Assembly (NCBI GenBank): GCA_965153355.1
Contig: OZ231126.1
Coordinates: 46,872,001-46,936,000 of the forward strand
Source of the DNA: Flaccisagitta enflata
Taxonomy: Eukaryota
Length of the DNA stretch: 64,000 bases
Reading direction: 5' to 3'
Position 1 is the first letter of the stretch. Every line of letters begins with the position of its first letter. Position numbers and translations under genes: made by a program. The notes under the pieces are model-generated. The model saw only the letters and a list, made by a program, of their open reading frames with translations, was not told where the DNA came from and did no database searches. This document shows, one piece after another, positions 17,601 to 64,000 of this stretch.

Positions 17601-18337
17601 TCTATAAAGCGTAGCAATGAGGTTGCTTAACATCAGTCTAGAGATTCTTAAAAAAAATAATATAGTGAATCTCTTTGAATCGCAAATTCAAGGGTGGTTT
17701 AAGCCAGATAAAGATATATGCAGATTTTGACTTCCAGGGCCTACTACTATGGCGATTTCCTTTTGCCTTCGTCATTTGATTTCCACTTCAAAATCAAATG
17801 ATAAGTACCATAATCTATGAACTGGGAACAAAATAGTAACCTTGTTAGTTTACAAAGAAAAAATACTTTTTAGTATTACTGAAAAGTACCATTTTAGTTA
17901 TTGTGTAGGTTATAACGCGTTAAAAGAATTCTTAAACCGTGTTAGTCGCATGATCGTTACAGCCACAAGGTAATCAGTGCCTCGCCTTACACTGGTGAGC
18001 CCGAAAAGGTAGGCCCAAGGTAGCAGAACATGAGACGCGGCTATTATGCAAAATGGCATGTGACCGGACCTGCGACCAGAAAAAGGCTATTTTAGCTTAG
18101 ATAAGATGTAATTTACGTTCAGTAGAACACCAAGCCAGCAACTTATGACTTTATGATATCCATAAGTAACTCAGTTTTTAGTCGCGTGCACGCGACTCTA
18201 CAACCCGCTTTGTCCGTCGGTTGGTCGGTCGGTTGGTCGGTTAGTCGGTTGGTCGCACTTTACTTTTTTAATGATTTTATTTATTTGACCTCACTGCTCC
18301 TGCCCAAATGGTCTGGTGACCTCTAATATGGCCCCTG

Positions 18338-18450
<113 letters not shown>

Positions 18451-19425
18451 GCTTGTCACGTGTCTTCGTTTCTTCTTCTCACAACGCACTCTTCTGACGC
18501 ACTCAACGTCCTTCTCCTCGATGATTGACGTTTTTTAATCCGCGCCCTTTTTTTCTGAAGCGTCTTCTGTGGGAAAAGTGACAGGGTTTCGCGGATTACG
18601 ATAGGGACTCAATACGAGTGACAATGATAAGCGCGTGGATATAGAACAGGAAAACCTTTGTTATCGCAGAGGAAAACTAATCAGGAAATACTATACCAAA
18701 ACTCATTGTGTCAGAAAGAGAGAGGGAAAAAGTTTGTTTCGTTTTGCGATGTTAATTTCCCCCTCATTCATGTCACAAATAAATTAATAATCACAAAAGA
18801 CCAAACAGTAGTTTTGTTTTGCTCATGCAAACATTATCAATCTTTTAAGAACACGCGTGGGATTCCAGGGTTTGCCACACTTGTCAACGGATTCGTAAAT
18901 CTTAAAGTCCGGCAATCATTGTACAGTTGTGCGTCTAAACATCATGTAAGCCTCAAGTACCATAAGTCCATAACCCAGACTCTAGGCGCACTGAGCCCCG
19001 AGGTCCACAACTGCTTAAGTTAAGATTCTGGTGTTAGTGTGGTGTTTAAGTCGAGGTCCCCGCCTCTCGGCCCAATCGCCAGGCTTTTGCTCCATTTCCC
19101 AGCGTTTTACCCTCAAAATACGCGTTGTAGATGCAAACCTAAACGGAAGATTGTCGGCAAAATGAGAATAAGTTGATTTTCCTAAAAAAGAAATTTTTCC
19201 GATGTTTTTTAAATTTTCTTAGTAAGACGAAACTTAAACTGAAGATTCCCAGTGACATACAACTACAATTTTCGTCTCACTGAACATACCAGATGTATGC
19301 TCCTATCGCGCCTAATCTAATTCTTCATCTAATTCTCATCTAATTTATCTAATTTTCATATTGCCAACGTGCTTTTGTTATAGGTACTAGTCTGAATGAA
19401 GAGTCTCAAATTCTACTGAAGATGT

Positions 19426-20018
19426 CACAGTGGGCCTTAACTAGGTATGAGTTCAAAAAAATCCTCAATGGTAGTGACTTGTATGAGTAGGTATAATTTA
19501 TAGTGGAGAATTGATATAACCTCTTAAAAAAAAATTTCCCTTGAAAATTTTTGCTAAAATTGCTAAAAAATATTAATTTTTGCATATATTTTCATATAGA
19601 TCTCAAGGATATCTTAGTTTCAAAATTCTGACTCAAGATTTACATTCCTGGTGAAATTTCCAATCATTTGATAGGTCACACTACATACTTTTATAAAAAA
19701 ATAATATTTTCATATTCTAAGCCACCGTTGCTTTCTTTGTAACGGCGGCTTAAAAAATACAAATCTTATTTTTTCATGAAAGTATATAGTGTGACCTATC
19801 AAATAATTGGAGTCAGAACTTTGAAACTGATATATCTTTGAGATCTATATGTAAATTTATACAAAAATTGATACTTTTTAACAATTTTTGCAAAAATTTT
19901 CAAGGGAAATTTTTTTTTAAGGGTTTACATCAATTCTACACTATAAATTCTACCTATTAATGCCGGTCACTACCATTGGGGATTTTTTTTAACTCATACC
20001 CAGTTAAGGCCCACTGTG
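19426..20018. mobile_element. ~590-bp fold-back MITE with CACAGTG termini and 4-bp TSD (Chapaev/CMC-like)
   Basis: CACAGTGGGCCTTAACT...AGTTAAGGCCCACTGTG; nearly the whole element is an imperfect palindrome; ATGT duplicated on both flanks. Confidence 0.8.
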
Positions 20019-20193
20019 ATGTTTGTATTTCATCTTTTTTCACAACGCACAAATGAAATGAAAGTTTTTAGAAATGTGACCATAAGCTGTTAGTACAGAG
20101 TAATTTCTTTTTCGCGTAGTACAACCGTAAGAGAGTCAAAAGCATTTTTTCCAAGGAATCGGGAACAATTTTTTCTTTTTTAGCTCTCAACTT

Positions 20194-63460
<43,267 letters not shown>

Positions 63461-63505
63461 CTGGGGCATGGGGGGGGGGGGATAACTTGAAATCAGTCGG
63501 AGTTC

Positions 63506-63555
<50 letters not shown>

Positions 63556-63612
63556 ATTGTTGTTGTTATTGTTGTTGTTGTTGTCGTTGTTGTTGTTGTA
63601 ATTGTTGTTGTA

Positions 63613-63663
<51 letters not shown>

Positions 63664-63781
63664 GCCGTTGTTGTTGTTGTTGTTGTTGTTGTTGTTCTTC
63701 TTCTTCTTCTTCTTCTTCTTCTTCTTCTTCTTCTTCTTCTTCTTCTTCTTCTTCTTCTTCTTCTTCTTCTTCTTCTCCTTC

Positions 63782-63813
<32 letters not shown>

Positions 63814-64000
63814 CTTCTTCTTCTTCTTCTTCTTCTTCTTCTTCTTCTTCTTCTTCTTCTTCTTCTTCTTCTTCTTCTTCTTCTTCTTCTTTCTTCTGCT
63901 TCCTCTGCTTCCTCTGCTTCTGCTTCTTCTTCTACTTCTGCTCCCTCTTCTTCTACTTCTTCTTCTTCTTCTTCTGCTTCTTTTTCTTCTTCTTTTTGGT
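63506..64000. repeat. (GTT)n/(CTT)n compound microsatellite
   Basis: Direct reading; lies in the ferlin intron at the window edge. Confidence 0.9.

Noticed and set aside
17990-18015. Possible hammerhead ribozyme core (CTGGTGAG...CGAAA)
   Set aside because: The core deviates from CTGANGA and stems I-III could not be formed.
19426-19460. ProtoRAG/Transib transposon call
   Set aside because: The TSD is 4 bp rather than 5 bp, there is no true nonamer and no RAG-like ORF; kept only as a Chapaev-like MITE.

Overview
Eukaryotic (metazoan, probably invertebrate; taxon not determinable) genomic DNA, AT-rich and full of microsatellites and non-autonomous DNA transposons. Most ORFs in the track are microsatellite artefacts. 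Four protein-coding genes can be spliced by hand with consistent intron phases. (1) A complete 7-exon, 265-aa secreted chymotrypsin-like S1A serine protease (minus, 13293-17038), with TATA/Inr/GATA promoter elements, that lacks the usual Cys168-Cys182 disulfide. (2) The 3' ~31 exons of a divergent type-1 (DysF-containing) ferlin (minus, 20194 to >63460; the 5' end is outside the window). (3) An intronless 360-aa 7-TM orphan receptor-like gene nested on the same strand in an 11.8-kb ferlin intron. (4) A 4-exon, ~1356-aa gene nested antisense in an 8.7-kb ferlin intron (54653-60219). Gene 4 is the most interesting item. It appears to combine a poly-Asn tract, an ankyrin-like segment, an RNase L/IRE1-like pseudokinase, two RHIM/cRHIM-like amyloid motifs and a CD20/MS4A-like four-TM domain, making it a candidate undescribed membrane-anchored innate-immune or cell-death signalling protein. 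All family assignments are by-eye comparisons with remembered sequences and need profile searches. Repeats include Helentron/DINE-1-like elements carrying tandem arrays, and hAT, Harbinger, Tc1/mariner and CAC-ended (Chapaev-like) MITEs with visible TSDs.
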